Shown: positions 15,001-21,371 of the stretch, piece by piece
Position numbering within the stretch: the stretch's first letter is position 1
How the letters are laid out: each line of letters begins with the position of its first letter
From: Candidatus Latescibacterota bacterium
GTDB taxonomy: Bacteria; Latescibacterota; UBA2968; UBA8231
NCBI GenBank assembly: GCA_965206595.1
Contig: OZ242214.1
Coordinates: forward strand, 3,904,001 to 3,968,000
Direction: 5' to 3'
Length of the DNA: 64,000 nt
Position numbers and translations under genes: made by a program
The notes under the pieces: generated by a model
What the model saw: only the letters and a program-made list of their open reading frames with translations
Told to the model about the DNA's origin: nothing
Database searches by the model: none

Positions 15001-17024
15001 CCGAGGTCACGGTGGCGGTGGAGGTACCCGAGGGTGCGGAGATCACGACGGCCCCTTCGCAACTGACCTTCACGACGGAGACCTGGAACAGCGAACAGAC
15101 GGTGACGGTGACCGCGATCGAGGACGCCGATGCCATAGCCGACCATCCGGTGACCCTGGCGCATGAGGTCAGCGGCGGCGACTACGAGGGCCTGGCCGCG
15201 GCCGGCGTCGAGGTGACGATCACCGAGGACGACGTGCCGGGAGTGACCATCGCCGACGCCGAGGCGCCGGAGAGCGCCGGACAGCTCCTCTTCACGGTGA
15301 CCCTGAGCGAGGCCAGCAGCAGGACGGTGACCGTCGACTGCCGGACCGCGGACGGCACGGCGCGGGCGCACGAGGATTACACCGCCGCGGCGAACTTGCT
15401 GACCTTCGCTCCCGGCCGCACCGAGGCGCAGATTGCCGTGCCGGTCGCCAACGACGGGCTGCGAGAAGGGAACGAGACCTTCACTGTGGTGCTGAGCAAC
15501 CCGGCCAACGCGACGGTGGCCGATGGCGCCGCGACCGGCACCATCGTCGACGACGACGCCTCGGCGGAAAAGGCGTGGCTGGCGCGGTTCGGGCGCACCG
15601 CGGCCGGGCAGGTGATCGAGGCCCTGGACGAACGCCTGACCCGGCCGCAACGGGGCGCTCACCTGACCATTGGGGGTCAGCGGCTGCAGCTGGGCGAGGC
15701 GCCCGAACCGGGGAGCCGGCCGCCGCATCGGAACATCCATCCTGACTACCGGGCCGCGGCCGGCGGCCGCGACCTGGTGGGGCCCTCGTTTCTGTCGTCA
15801 GACCTGCCCGGGCCCCTGCGGGCTCCCCGGACCGCGGGCGGACCGCTTTTAACCGGGAGGGACCTGACCGGGGTTTCCCCGTTCGACATCCTGACCCGGA
15901 GCTCCTTCTTCCTGTCCTCCGGGCCGGCGGCCGGGGAAGCGGGTGCCCGGTGGACCTTCTGGCGCCGGTGGGCGAAGTCGCATTTCAGGGGCGAGGAGGC
16001 CGGTCTGTCCCTCGACGGCGGCCCCTGGACCGGCCTGCTGGGCGTCGACCGCGAGCAGGGCCGCGCGCTGGCCGGCCTCGCCTTGTCCTATACCATCGGG
16101 GACGGCAGATACCACGTGCACACGGCCGAGGAGGCCCTCGCGCGAGGCAAGGCGAAAAGCTGGCTGATCAATGCGCATCCCTATCTGCGCGTCGCCCTCG
16201 ACGAGCGGGTGTCGGCCTGGGGCCTGCTCGGCCACGGGCGCGGCGAGATGTCGCTGGGTACCGGCCGCGAGCGCTCCGGTATCGTCATGAACATGGGCGG
16301 ACTGGGCCTGCGCGGGGCGCTGCTGGCGCCGGGCGGGCCGGGCGGTCTCGGCCTGACCATGCGGTCGGACGCCTTCCTGGTGCGCATGGGCTCGGACGCC
16401 GCCGGGCCTGCGGTGAGCCGCGTGCGTATGACGATGGATGGCACCCGCGCCGTAGTGACGGACTCGGGCCGCATCTGGACCCCCTCGCTGGAGCTGGGGG
16501 TGCGCCATGATGGCGGCGACGCCGAGACCGGGTTGGGGCTGGAGCTTGGCGGCGGCCTGGAGTACAGCGACCCGGCGGGCGGTCTGAACATAAAGACCAC
16601 CGGCCGCCGGCTGCTCATCCACCAGGACAGCGGCTACGAGGAATGGGGGGTGGGCGGTTCATTCGGTTTCAACATGGGCGCCTCCGGCCGGGGGCTCGCC
16701 CTGCGGCTGCGGTCCTCCTATGGGGACGCGGCGAGCGGCGTGGACCGCTTCTGGTCGCAGCACCGCACCCCCCAGGCCGGGAGCTACCCCGCCGGCCGGG
16801 ACGGCCTGTTCAACGCCGAGGTGGGGTACGGTCTGGGCGCCTTGGGCGGCCTGCTGACCCCGTACGCCGACGTGGCGTCGGGCCGGGGGAGGCGCACCTA
16901 CGGTCTGGGCGGGCGCCTGCGCGTGGAGCCCTCCATGCGCCTGGAGCTGGCGGGCGGCCGCCGCGAGACGACCGCGGCCCGCCCCGGGCACGAGCTCAGG
17001 CTGCGAGGCACCCTGCACTGGTAG
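3..17024 (+). CDS. Giant repeat adhesin/autotransporter-like surface protein (Calx-beta and related Ig-like repeats, two DUF7507/DUF11-like domains, C-terminal beta-barrel); 5' end lies upstream of the window
   Basis: Frame is open from the window edge (E-S-V-A-E-D continues the internal repeat DESVAEDAGSATF). Dozens of Calx-beta motifs (ATAGEDY..NGTLTF..ITDDAVDE..ETFTVTLS) alternate with GVTVTPTALTV.EG..TYTVVLDSEP modules. Region from ~15560 has AWLARFGRT and TPSLELGVRHDGGDAETG and ends in an aromatic residue (TLHW). Confidence 0.92.
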   Translation, partial: ESVAEDAGSATFTVTLSVASSNEVMVEYRTSDGTAAAGSDYTETTGTLTFEAGTTTAQEIRVPITDDAVDEEEEETFTVTLHSAASADLAGGGTTLAATGTIVDNDDPAVTVAFATGTYTATEGGAAATVQVQLSGDPERTVDIPLTHTPGTGATAADYSGVPASVTFASGETEKTFAVTATDDDVDEDEETVTLGFGTRPDGVTLGSQSSATVTLADDDARGVTVTPTALTVDEGGDQTYTVVLDSEPTADVAVTVAVPQDTDVSVDKTSLAFTADNWNTAQTVTVTAAGDEDAVVDGTVTLTHTVSSTGDYASETAADVAVTIAENDTPTLSIADESVAEDAGSATFTVTLSVASSNAVTVDYATSNGTSPEAATAGEDYTLTNGTLTFEAGTTTAQEIRVAITDDAVDEADEETFTVTLSNASNATLAGGQPTLAATGTITDDDERGVTVTPTALTVDEGGDETYTVVLDSEPTADVAVTVTTDLAGTDVSVDETSLTFTADNWNDEQTVTVRATEDDDAVVDATVTLTHSVSSTGDYASETAADVAVTIAETDTPTLSMSGVRADEDVGEMVFEVTLSLASSNEVTVAYATSNGTGAGAATAGEDYTLTNGTLTFPANSTASRTIAVPITDDAVDEADEETFTVTLSNASNATLAGGQPTLAATGTITDDDARGVTVTPTAVTVDEGGDETYTVVLDSEPTADVAVTVTVPQGTDVSVDKTSLTFTAGNWDDEQTVTVSAAGDEDAVVDDAVTLTHTVSSTGDYASETAADVAVTIVETDTPTLSIADESVAEDAGTVTFTVTLSVASSNAVTVDYATSNGTGAGAATAGEDYTLTNGTLTFPANSTASRTIAVPITDDAVDEADEETFTVTLSNASNATLTGGQPTLTATGTITDDDGTPTVTLSLSEGSIGEDGETSRVTATLSGVSSEATTVTVSAMAVSPAAAGDFTLSTNKVLTITEGQTASTGDVTITAVNNDVDAANKTVTVSGDASNILGATDPADLTLTITDDDARGVTVTPTALSVGEGDSEEFTVVLTSQPTADVTVAMTTDLAGTDVSVDETSLTFTADNWDDEQTVTVRAAGDDDAVVDETVTLTHSVSSTGDYASETAADVAVTITETDTPTLSIANRSVTESAGTMVFTVTLSVASSNQVTVAYATSNGTGAGAATADEDYTLTNGTLTFPANSTASRTIAVPITDDAVDEADEETFTVTLSNASNATLAGGQPTLAATGTITDDDARGVTVTPTALTVDEGGDETYTVVLDSEPTADVAVTVTTDLAGTDVSVDETSLTFTADNWDDEQTVTVSAAGDEDAVVDDAVTLTHSVSSTGDYNGETAADVAVTIAENDTPTLSIADESVAEDAGSATFTVTLSVASSNAVTVDYATSNGTSPEAATAGEDYTLTNGTLTFEAGTTTAQEIRVAITDDAVDEADEETFTVTLSNASNATLAGGQPTLAATGTITDDDERGVTVTPTALTVDEGGDETYTVVLDSEPTADVAVTVTTDLAGTDVSVDETSLTFTADNWNNEQTVTVRATEDDDAVVDATVTLTHSVSSTGDYASETAADVAVTIAENDTPTLSIADESVAEDAGSATFTVTLSVASSNAVTVDYATSNGTSPEAATAGEDYTLTNGTLTFPANSTTPKTIAVPITDDAVDEEEEETFTVTLSSASNATLAGGQSTLAATGTITDDDERGVTVTPTAVTVDEGGDETYTVVLDSEPTADVAVTVTTDLAGTDVSVDETSLTFTADNWNNEQTVTVRATEDDDAVVDATVTLTHSVSSTGDYNGETAADVAVTIAETDTPTLSIANRSVTESAGTMVFTVTLSVASSQTVTVAYATSNGTGAGAATAGEDYTEANGTLTFPANSTASRTIAVPITDDAVDEADEETFTVTLSNASNATLAGGQSTLTATGTITDDDERGVTVTPTALTVDEGGDETYTVALDSEPTASVTVTVTTDLADTDLSLDKTSLTFTADNWSTAQTVTVTAAGDEDAVVDATVTLTHSVSSTGDYNGETAADVAVTIVETDTPTLSIADESVAEDAGSATFTVTLSVASSNAVTVDYATSNGTSPEAATAGEDYTEANGTLTFPANSTTPKTIAVPITDDAVDEADETFTVTLSSASNATLAGAQATLAATGTITDDDARGVTVSPTALTVDEGGDETYTVALDSEPTADVTVTVTVPTGTDVSVDKTSLTFTSSTWNTAQTVTVSAVEDADAATDAAVTITHTVGSTGDYNGETAADVAVTIAETGTPAPALTLAFEAAAHNDVDASGDVTLSDVLTYTATATNSGNVPLAEVTVSDLLVNAGGVECASLDLGGECELTGEYTVTQADVDAGEVTNTAAAVASGVSEQTASRTTEVAQEKALTLAKTATTGSFGSVGDRIAYSYEATNSGTVTLTGALTIADDRIPASGITCPAVPAAGLGPGASVTCAGSYTVVQADVDASQVTNKATAMLDGMQSNEATATVQRPQVAGEAPTVSVGGISSPEDAGHLDFAVTLDKASAQTATVVFGTTDGTAVAGIDYADTTGTLTFAPGTTSRTVTVRIEDDDVDEENETFTLVLSDAVNANLPALSGTGLGTIRDDDTRGVTVAPEALSVTENGSATYTVALDSEPTDEVTVTVSVPANSELSVDKPSLTFTTGNWNTAQTMTVSADDDDDAVADDVVTIGHSASGGDYNGQTAEVEVTIVEDDTPTLSIADRRAAESDGTIGFSVTLSIESSEQVTVDYVTSNGTGAGAATAGEDYTARSATLHFPANSTTPQTISIPITDDSVDEEEETFTVTLSNASNAALAGGQETLEATGTIADDDERGVTVAPEALSVTENSSATYTVALDSEPTAEVTVGVAVPPNSELSVDKTTLRFTADNWNTAQQIEVSAADDDDAVADAAATVGHSASGGDYNGQTAEVEVTIVEDDTPTLSIADRSAAESDGTMAFAVTLSVASSNEVTVAYATSNGTGPEAATAGEDYTEANGTLAFPANSTAPQTISVSIANDAVDEAVETFAVTLSNVQQASLAGGGSTLSAAGTITDDDERGVTVSETQLDLAEGGSGIYTVVLTSEPTADVTVDVTVPQGTDVSVDKTSLTFTADNWATAQTVTVRAAGDADAVVDAAVTISHTVSSPGDYAGETASNVEVRIAESDTPTLSLADESVAEDAGTVTFTVTLSVASSNEVTVAYATSNGTGPGAATAGEDYTEANGALTFPANSAAAQTIRVPITDDDLDEADEETFTLTLHSAAHADLAGGGTTLAAAGTITDDDDPPAAGIADAGASEGDGGITFTVSLETASARVVTVDWATAADAAAVNPATADADYTAANGTLTFPAQSTERTIRVLVVDDDAVEESETFKVELSNARYATLQASAAAAVGTIADDDVAPPPGEDPPTPGEEPPTPGEEPPTPGEDPPPPKEDPPTPEDPPVTRNPEVIVFFGAADYEAAEGGSAAVTVRLSADPERRVTIPLTRTHVEGAGAADYSGVPANVAFAAGETSQEFAVTAVDDAVDDDGEAVVLGFGALPSGVAAGEPATAAVALADDDVRGVTVRPEALNVPEGGSGSYTVVLDTEPAAEVTVLVAAPSASELSLDETSLTFAPAIWSRPQTVTVRAAEDADAMADDPVTLIHAVRGGDYEGVPAAPVEVTIIEDDAPTLAVAGGTAAEGEGAIEFAVTLSLASSSAVTVEYATSDVSAMAGADYQWTAGILTLPAGTTEAAIRVRVVDDDIDEADETFRVLLSHAVNAVVGDGEAAGEIADDDLPVVEIAAARAAVEEGSTAAFTLTRAGDLTGPLTVPVRVAERGVFLSDGIPSAATFAAGAATAALEAATTEDAVDEADGAVTAAILGAASHRVGASARAVVTVADNDVRGVRVSTTALTLPEGGAGTYTVTLETEPTGEVTIRMKMVSEDLTVTPPVLSFSPMAWDAPQTVTVRAAEDADAVLDPAVTLTHAVSGGDYGDVPASPVEVRILEDDAPVLAVAGGAAAEGDGEIEFAVTLSLASSSEVTVEYATAEGTARAGEDFEPATGTLTFPAGATSATIRVPVLDDDVDEADETFTVRLSHAVNAAVGDGEAAGEIADDDLPVVEIAAEPAALKEGGTATFTLTRAGDLSGPLSVPVGVTQEGEYLSGTAPSSVRFAAGAATAAFAVATENDDRDEEDGAVAAEILGAASHRAGASARAAVPVADDDVRGVRLSATSLTVAEGGRATYTVVLTSEPDAAVTVAMAVPSGTDLTVVPSELTFAAATWEAPRTVTVRADQDADAVSDDPAAISHVVGGGDYEGLSAAGVEVTIAEDDVPVLAVAGGAATEGDGEIEFAVTLSLASSSEVTVEYATAEGTARAGEDFEPAAGTLTFPAGATAATIRVPVVDDDVDEAAETFTVRLSQAVNAAVGDGEAAGEIADDDLPVVEIAAEPAALKEGGTATFTLTRAGDLAVPLSVPVRVGELGAFLSGTAPSPVAFAAGAATAAFAVATEDDAVDEADGAVIAEIIGGDGHRAGAAARATVAVADDDVRGVRILETALTIREGGSGLCPVVLTSEPTAPVTFSAVMPAGAEITMAPPALRFTPANWSQVQVVTVRALHDADAVADDPLVLAHTVKGGDYEGLAAPVVTVTITEDDVPGVTISETALTLAEGGSGTYTVVLDTEPAAGVTVAVAVPEGADLTVSPQALRFTAADWNEAQAVTVTASHDADAVADDAVTLAHAVRGGDYEGLAADGVEVTITEDDVPGVKVSETALTIAEDDVPGVKVSETALTIAEGDAGTYTVVLDTEPAAEVTVAVAVPEGADLTVSPQALRFAAADWNEAQTVTVTAAQDADAVTDDPVTLAHAVRGGDYEGLAAAAVEVTITEDDVPGVTISETALTLAEGDAGTYTVALGTEPAAGVTVAVAVPEGADLTVSPPELRFTAADWNEAQTVTVTAAQDADAVTDDPVTLAHAVRGGDYEGLAAAPVEVTITEDDVPGVTISETALTLAEGDAGTYTVALDTEPAAEVTVAVEVPEGAEITTAPSQLTFTTETWNSEQTVTVTAIEDADAIADHPVTLAHEVSGGDYEGLAAAGVEVTITEDDVPGVTIADAEAPESAGQLLFTVTLSEASSRTVTVDCRTADGTARAHEDYTAAANLLTFAPGRTEAQIAVPVANDGLREGNETFTVVLSNPANATVADGAATGTIVDDDASAEKAWLARFGRTAAGQVIEALDERLTRPQRGAHLTIGGQRLQLGEAPEPGSRPPHRNIHPDYRAAAGGRDLVGPSFLSSDLPGPLRAPRTAGGPLLTGRDLTGVSPFDILTRSSFFLSSGPAAGEAGARWTFWRRWAKSHFRGEEAGLSLDGGPWTGLLGVDREQGRALAGLALSYTIGDGRYHVHTAEEALARGKAKSWLINAHPYLRVALDERVSAWGLLGHGRGEMSLGTGRERSGIVMNMGGLGLRGALLAPGGPGGLGLTMRSDAFLVRMGSDAAGPAVSRVRMTMDGTRAVVTDSGRIWTPSLELGVRHDGGDAETGLGLELGGGLEYSDPAGGLNIKTTGRRLLIHQDSGYEEWGVGGSFGFNMGASGRGLALRLRSSYGDAASGVDRFWSQHRTPQAGSYPAGRDGLFNAEVGYGLGALGGLLTPYADVASGRGRRTYGLGGRLRVEPSMRLELAGGRRETTAARPGHELRLRGTLHW
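660..6790 (+). repeat. Near-identical intragenic tandem repeats, ~684-bp (228-aa) two-domain unit
   Basis: Same DNA text recurs at 1021, 4099 and 4783 (offsets 3078 and 684); antisense shadow ORFs recur at 3539, 4223, 4907, 5591, 6275 with period 684. Confidence 0.92.
10185..10310 (+). repeat. 21-bp tandem repeat encoding Pro-rich linker (PPTPGEE/D)n
   Basis: About six degenerate copies of ccgcccacccctggggaggan; protein PPPGEDPPTPGEEPPTPGEEPPTPGEDPPPPKEDPPTPEDPP. Confidence 0.9.
14202..14303 (+). repeat. In-frame 51-bp tandem duplication (EDDVPGVKVSETALTIA x2)
   Basis: gaggacgacgtacc at 14202 and 14253; duplicated 17-aa peptide in the translation. Confidence 0.85.
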
Positions 17025-17154
17025 GCGGAGATCGTATGCGGGTCGCATCCCTTTTCATCGGAACCGAAGCGTTCCTCCTGGCCATCCGGCACCGTCAGGG
17101 CGACGACCGGCCCTTCAATCCCACCACACCTCACCGGGAAGCAGGTGGACTACC

Positions 17155-17322
17155 ATGATAACAGAGGGTGATTCTATGGACGAGGCCCTGGAAAACGTCG
17201 CCGATGCGTTTGCTGCCGTTGTTGAGCTATATGAGGACCAAGGACGCTCACTGCCTCAGAATACCCGGATTCTCGATGCACATAGTCCAGTGTGGGTGGA
17301 AACTGTAGTATCCACCTCGTGA
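17155..17322 (+). pseudogene. hicB: HicB-family antitoxin, 5'-damaged
   Basis: Manual translation MITEGDSMDEALENVADAFAAVVELYEDQGRSLPQN..VWVETVVSTS* matches the HicB core; the usual N-terminal strands are missing or out of frame; stop overlaps the next GTG. Confidence 0.7.
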
Positions 17323-17531
17323 AATATCGCGAAGTTGTGAGGAAACTATCCGTCCTTGGGTGTCAAGAACGTGTGCGCAAAGGGGGCGGTTCCCATCGGA
17401 AATAGATTCACCCTGTTTCTTAAAAAGCCACTGTTATTCCGGATTGGGGCAATCGCGATCTGAAATCGGGGACGATTCGTGCAGCAGTTCGACAGTTACG
17501 AATCGATTGGCAACGCTTCTTGGATGCCTGG
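17319..17531 (+). pseudogene. hicA: HicA-family toxin with two in-frame stops
   Basis: Manual translation VKYREVVRKLSVLGCQERVRKGGGSHRK*IHPVS*KATVIPDWGNRDLKSGTIRAAVRQLRIDWQRFLDA; GSH motif; TAG at 17403, TAA at 17421. Confidence 0.85.
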
Positions 17532-17702
17532 CAAATAGGAGTTGGCAATCAGGGAGAGTCGGCTCGAACGCCGACGAGAAAAGTGGTGAAATGACAGGCC
17601 CCGTTGTGGGAGCAATTCCGGAGCGGGGCCTTCGCCTGCCTGCCGGCACCGCCGCCGCGACCGGGGTCGGGCTGGAGGTTGGCGACTCGTTGGCTCCGGC
17701 CC

Positions 17703-19031
17703 CTACCGGCTCAGCCGGTCGAGGACGTTGCGGGTAATCCGGGCGACGGTCGCGTCTCCTTCGAGCCCGTGCGACCAGTCGGTGGTCCCGGCCGTGAACA
17801 CCGTGCCGCCGCGGGTGTACAGGCCCATGACCGCGGCGCCCTCCCTGCCCTTCTCCCAGCGCTCGTACCACTCGCTGTCGTTCGGGTGCCACCGCGCCGG
17901 TGCCGTGCACAGGATGATGAAGTCCTTGGGGGTGCCGTAAGTCCCCTTGGGTACCGGCAGGCCGTTTTCCAGCGCGTACTCGCAGCCGTCGCACTCGTAA
18001 CCGACGATGGTGTGCTCGCCACCGAAGCTGTCGCCGCGCCGAAGGCCCGTCCCCGCAAAAACCCAGTGCCCCGGACGATGGACCGAAAACGCCCCGGACC
18101 CGTCCATGTACTGCCCGTGGCTCAGGTGATAGCCCCCGTATAGAAACCCCACTCCGGTCAGCTCGTTTTCCGGCCGCCCGACGAGGTGGTGGCTCCACAA
18201 GGTCGACAGGTTCGCGAAATCTCCGGCGAAGTAGGCCGGGTCCATGTTGAACTGCTGCTTCCAGCAGACCAGCGCCCGGCCCTCGTCCTCGCTGCGCACC
18301 CGCCAGCACACGGAGTTGCCGCTGAAGAACGCGGCGTTGCCCCCGGCGGCGATCCAGGCTTCGAGGTGGTCGCGCATCGGCCCCGACCAGTATTCGTCGT
18401 GCCCCACGCTGAGCACCAGCCGGTAGTTGTCCAGCAGCTCGGGATGCAGCTCCAGGTCGGAATTGGCGCAGTAGTCGAGCGCGTATCCGGCGCCCTCCGC
18501 CCACTCGACGAAGTCGCGCTCCCAGCGGTCGAACAGCCCGGCCAGCGGACGGTCGAAGGAGACGCGATGCCCCTGAAGGCCACCGCGGCCGTGATAGCTG
18601 TAGAAGCTGTAGCCGCCCCAGTTGTTGTAGGCGCTGTAGGTATTGGTCGCCAACTGCAGGAGGATGCGGGCGTCGGTGGGGCCAGCGGGACGGACGATGA
18701 AAAAGCCCCGGCTCTCGGCGGTGCGCCGCCCCCGCCGCACGAACCTGCCGCCCTGGTCCCCGGCGCGCAGCGCGAACTCGTAGAACCCGCTGCGCCAGGA
18801 GGCCGGCACCTCCAGGGAGTGGGAAACCGGCCAGCCGCAGCCGTTGGAGGAGGCGTCTTCAGGCACCGGATGAGCCGCCCCGGGCAGTTGGTCCTGCCGC
18901 CACACCACTTCGCGCCCGGTACCGATCCGCGCCACTTCCAGCTCATACTCCTCCGCGCTGGTGGACACGTGAAAGCGCACCTTCTCGCCGGCCTTGTAGC
19001 TGAGCTGATCGGTATAGCCCTCGACGAACAT
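17703..19031 (-). CDS. N,N-dimethylformamidase beta-subunit-like protein
   Basis: 442 aa with EGY..QLSY..GE.V.FHVS, NTY.AYNNWGG.S.Y, LSVGHDEYWS, FFSGN, GYECDG, GTVF.AGT.DW motifs. Confidence 0.85.
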   Translation of the reverse strand: MFVEGYTDQLSYKAGEKVRFHVSTSAEEYELEVARIGTGREVVWRQDQLPGAAHPVPEDASSNGCGWPVSHSLEVPASWRSGFYEFALRAGDQGGRFVRRGRRTAESRGFFIVRPAGPTDARILLQLATNTYSAYNNWGGYSFYSYHGRGGLQGHRVSFDRPLAGLFDRWERDFVEWAEGAGYALDYCANSDLELHPELLDNYRLVLSVGHDEYWSGPMRDHLEAWIAAGGNAAFFSGNSVCWRVRSEDEGRALVCWKQQFNMDPAYFAGDFANLSTLWSHHLVGRPENELTGVGFLYGGYHLSHGQYMDGSGAFSVHRPGHWVFAGTGLRRGDSFGGEHTIVGYECDGCEYALENGLPVPKGTYGTPKDFIILCTAPARWHPNDSEWYERWEKGREGAAVMGLYTRGGTVFTAGTTDWSHGLEGDATVARITRNVLDRLSR

Positions 19032-19143
19032 TATTCCTGCCCTTTTTTAAGTTCCTGATCTTTAGGAGAGCCGACTTCTATTGCTTGAAGAGCCGGGGAA
19101 CAAAATCCCCAGGAGGGAAGGTCAGGCGCTGTTCTCTCTGATA

Positions 19144-19665
19144 TCAAACCCGGCGCGCGACGATCCGGATGAAAGTCAGATCCTTGTTCTTGTCGCGCGC
19201 CAGGAGCTCCAGATCGCCTGACCGCCCAGGCTTGCGAGGGGCGAAGTCCGACAGGAAGCCTTCCCAATCGAGCCACAGGCCGTGCCCATCCTCCATGTGG
19301 TTGCAACATTCCACGGCGACCGGACCCGATTTCTCAAGGTGCGCCACCAGTCAGCCGAGTGAAAGCTGTGCAGCTCGGGCGACCACACTTCCTTCAGGTG
19401 CGACGGCACACCATTCAGGAATTCCGCCCAGACCTGGACCCCGAACTCTCTGGCAAGGAAAATGGAACTCAGGGCCCTGCCGCAGCCCAGGTCCATGACG
19501 CGGTCGGCAGCGTTCAATGGAAGCATCTCCAGCAGGTATTCCGTGAGCCACAAGGCATTCGGACCCATTTCGTTTTCGAAGACCCACTTGGGATCATATT
19601 TGGAGGATAAAGGAAACCGTGGTCGAGAAAGGGAACTTCCACCTTCCGACTCAATAGGGTCATTC
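19144..19665 (-). pseudogene. Class I SAM-dependent methyltransferase, start lost, internally deleted and frameshifted
   Basis: SKYDPKWVFENEMGPNALWLTE..RVMDLGCGRALSSIFLAREFGVQVWA runs directly into late-gene sequence (HSFHSADWW), then continues in another frame (19144..19347); in-frame TAG just upstream. Confidence 0.75.
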
Positions 19666-19698
19666 TAGTGCTCCTTCCCTCCGATATCGTTTCGAAAA

Positions 19699-19731
19699 AC
19701 CGAAATCAAGAAAGACCTGGGGTTGAACTGA
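19699..19731 (+). pseudogene. Last ~10 codons of a HicA-type toxin
   Basis: TEIKKDLGLN* ending in a TGATG overlap with the hicB start; typical HicA C-terminus. Confidence 0.5.
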
Positions 19732-20156
19732 TGCTGACCTATCCCATTGTGCTCGAAGAGGACGACGGCACCCTGCTGGCCACGTCCCCGGATTTCCCCG
19801 AACTCACCACGTTCGGAATCGACAGAGACGAAGCGCTCGCACGGGCTGTCGATGCGCTGGAAGAGGCGATAGCCGCCCGCATACACGACGGCCGGGATAT
19901 TCCTCCACCTTCTCAGGGACCGGAAATCGCCGTGCTGCCGACCCTCACCGCCATCAAGGTGATGCTCTACCAGGGGATGCGGGAACAGGGCGTCGGCAAG
20001 GCGGAGCTGGCGCGCCGCCTCGGCTGGCACCTGCCGCAGGTGGACCGGGTGTTGGATATCCAGCACAACTCGCGAATGGATCAGCTGGACGCTGCAATGG
20101 CAGCCATAGGACGGCACCTGCACGTCGGGGCTTCAGCCCAAGGTTATCGCGACTGA
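19731..20156 (+). CDS. hicB: HicB-family antitoxin with C-terminal HTH
   Basis: YPIVLEEDDGTLLATSPDFPELTTFG..EAL..AVDAL followed by KAELARRLGWHLPQVDRVLD. Confidence 0.88.
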   Translation: MLTYPIVLEEDDGTLLATSPDFPELTTFGIDRDEALARAVDALEEAIAARIHDGRDIPPPSQGPEIAVLPTLTAIKVMLYQGMREQGVGKAELARRLGWHLPQVDRVLDIQHNSRMDQLDAAMAAIGRHLHVGASAQGYRD

Positions 20157-20267
20157 CCTTCCTGCGGGTTGCCTTGAAACCGGCTGTTTCCTGCCGGCCC
20201 CGTTCCGAAACCTCCGCAATCACCGGTCACTGATCATGCAAAGGGGCCGCGGTCCCCTGAAGACCTC

Positions 20268-21140
20268 TCAACCGCCGAGCCGGTGCTTGACCGTGAGGGC
20301 CAGCGACCAACCACGTGCCGCATCGAAACTGGTCTGGTTGGTGAAGGGAGGATCTCCCTCCTGTTGCATCGGGTGGCTGGAATAGACAGCCGTGTCGGAA
20401 ATCCCGCCGACCAGGGACCAGGTCAGCCTGGCGCCGAGCAGCATCCGGTCGTTCACCTCGTACTCGGCGCCGGCGTGCAGGCGGGCGGCCGGCACCGTGT
20501 CGGATAGATCGACATCCTGGATGCTGTTGTAGAACGACAGCGGCGGGTCGTACACAGGCGGCGACTCCGCGGTGTCCTCGTAGTCGTTGGAGTACTGCAG
20601 GTCGCTGACCTCGACGAAGGCCGCGCCCAGTCCGGCGCCGACGTAGGGGGTCAGACGATGGGTCGCGGCCAGGTCGCGGTACACGTTGAGCGCCAGGATC
20701 CTGGTAGTGACGGATCCGATGGAAGCCACGTCGTTGGACACAACCGTTCCTTCCCGTCCGATCCAGGGGCTGCCGTCGAAATACTCGAGAGAGGCGAATT
20801 CCTGGTCGATGTCGTTCCGGCTCTGCGAGAACGAAACCTCGAGGCGCTGGCGGCCGAGGCCGCGGCCCAGGGCGAATGCGAACCCGGCGCCGGCATCCGC
20901 GTCGATGTCGTAGCCCCAGCGGTAACCGGAAAGCTCCGGGACGGGATCGGCATCGAAACAGGGGTCCGTGGGATAGCACACACTGTCCCGATTCCAACCG
21001 GATTGGTCCATCCCCGAGCTCAGGGCAAGACCGGATGCGCCGCTGAAATACCAACCGGACCGTCCCGTTTCCGCATCGGCATCTCCCCCAGCCCCGGCGG
21101 TGCAGCCGATTGCCAGCATCACGACCAGCGATAATCGCAT
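20268..21140 (-). CDS. Outer-membrane beta-barrel protein (opacity/OmpA-like 8-strand type)
   Basis: Signal peptide, GWYFSG..G, LNVYRD, LTPYVGAGLG.AFV motifs; RBS ggagg upstream. Confidence 0.75.
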   Translation of the reverse strand: MRLSLVVMLAIGCTAGAGGDADAETGRSGWYFSGASGLALSSGMDQSGWNRDSVCYPTDPCFDADPVPELSGYRWGYDIDADAGAGFAFALGRGLGRQRLEVSFSQSRNDIDQEFASLEYFDGSPWIGREGTVVSNDVASIGSVTTRILALNVYRDLAATHRLTPYVGAGLGAAFVEVSDLQYSNDYEDTAESPPVYDPPLSFYNSIQDVDLSDTVPAARLHAGAEYEVNDRMLLGARLTWSLVGGISDTAVYSSHPMQQEGDPPFTNQTSFDAARGWSLALTVKHRLGG

Positions 21141-21371
21141 AAAAAACCTCCTGCCAAGAGCGGTGGACGTTACGTCCGCCGGTTACTGAACCTCGACGCC
21201 GGTGTCGGGAAAAAGCTCCCGAACGCCGGTTCCTTTCAATCCCAATCCGATTTGCAGACAAAGTGGTTCCCCGGCCAATGGCTCCGCCTCGGATGTTCTT
21301 CGGCACAAATAAACGAAACCCCGCGTCCCGGCGACGCGGAACCTGAGGTTGCAGACCTGACGGCGGGCGGC

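Noticed and set aside
5928-15740. Very long antisense ORFs (793 aa and 2438 aa) and many short ones opposite the adhesin
   Set aside because: Arg/His/Gly-rich shadows caused by high GC and the codon bias of the sense gene; no motifs.
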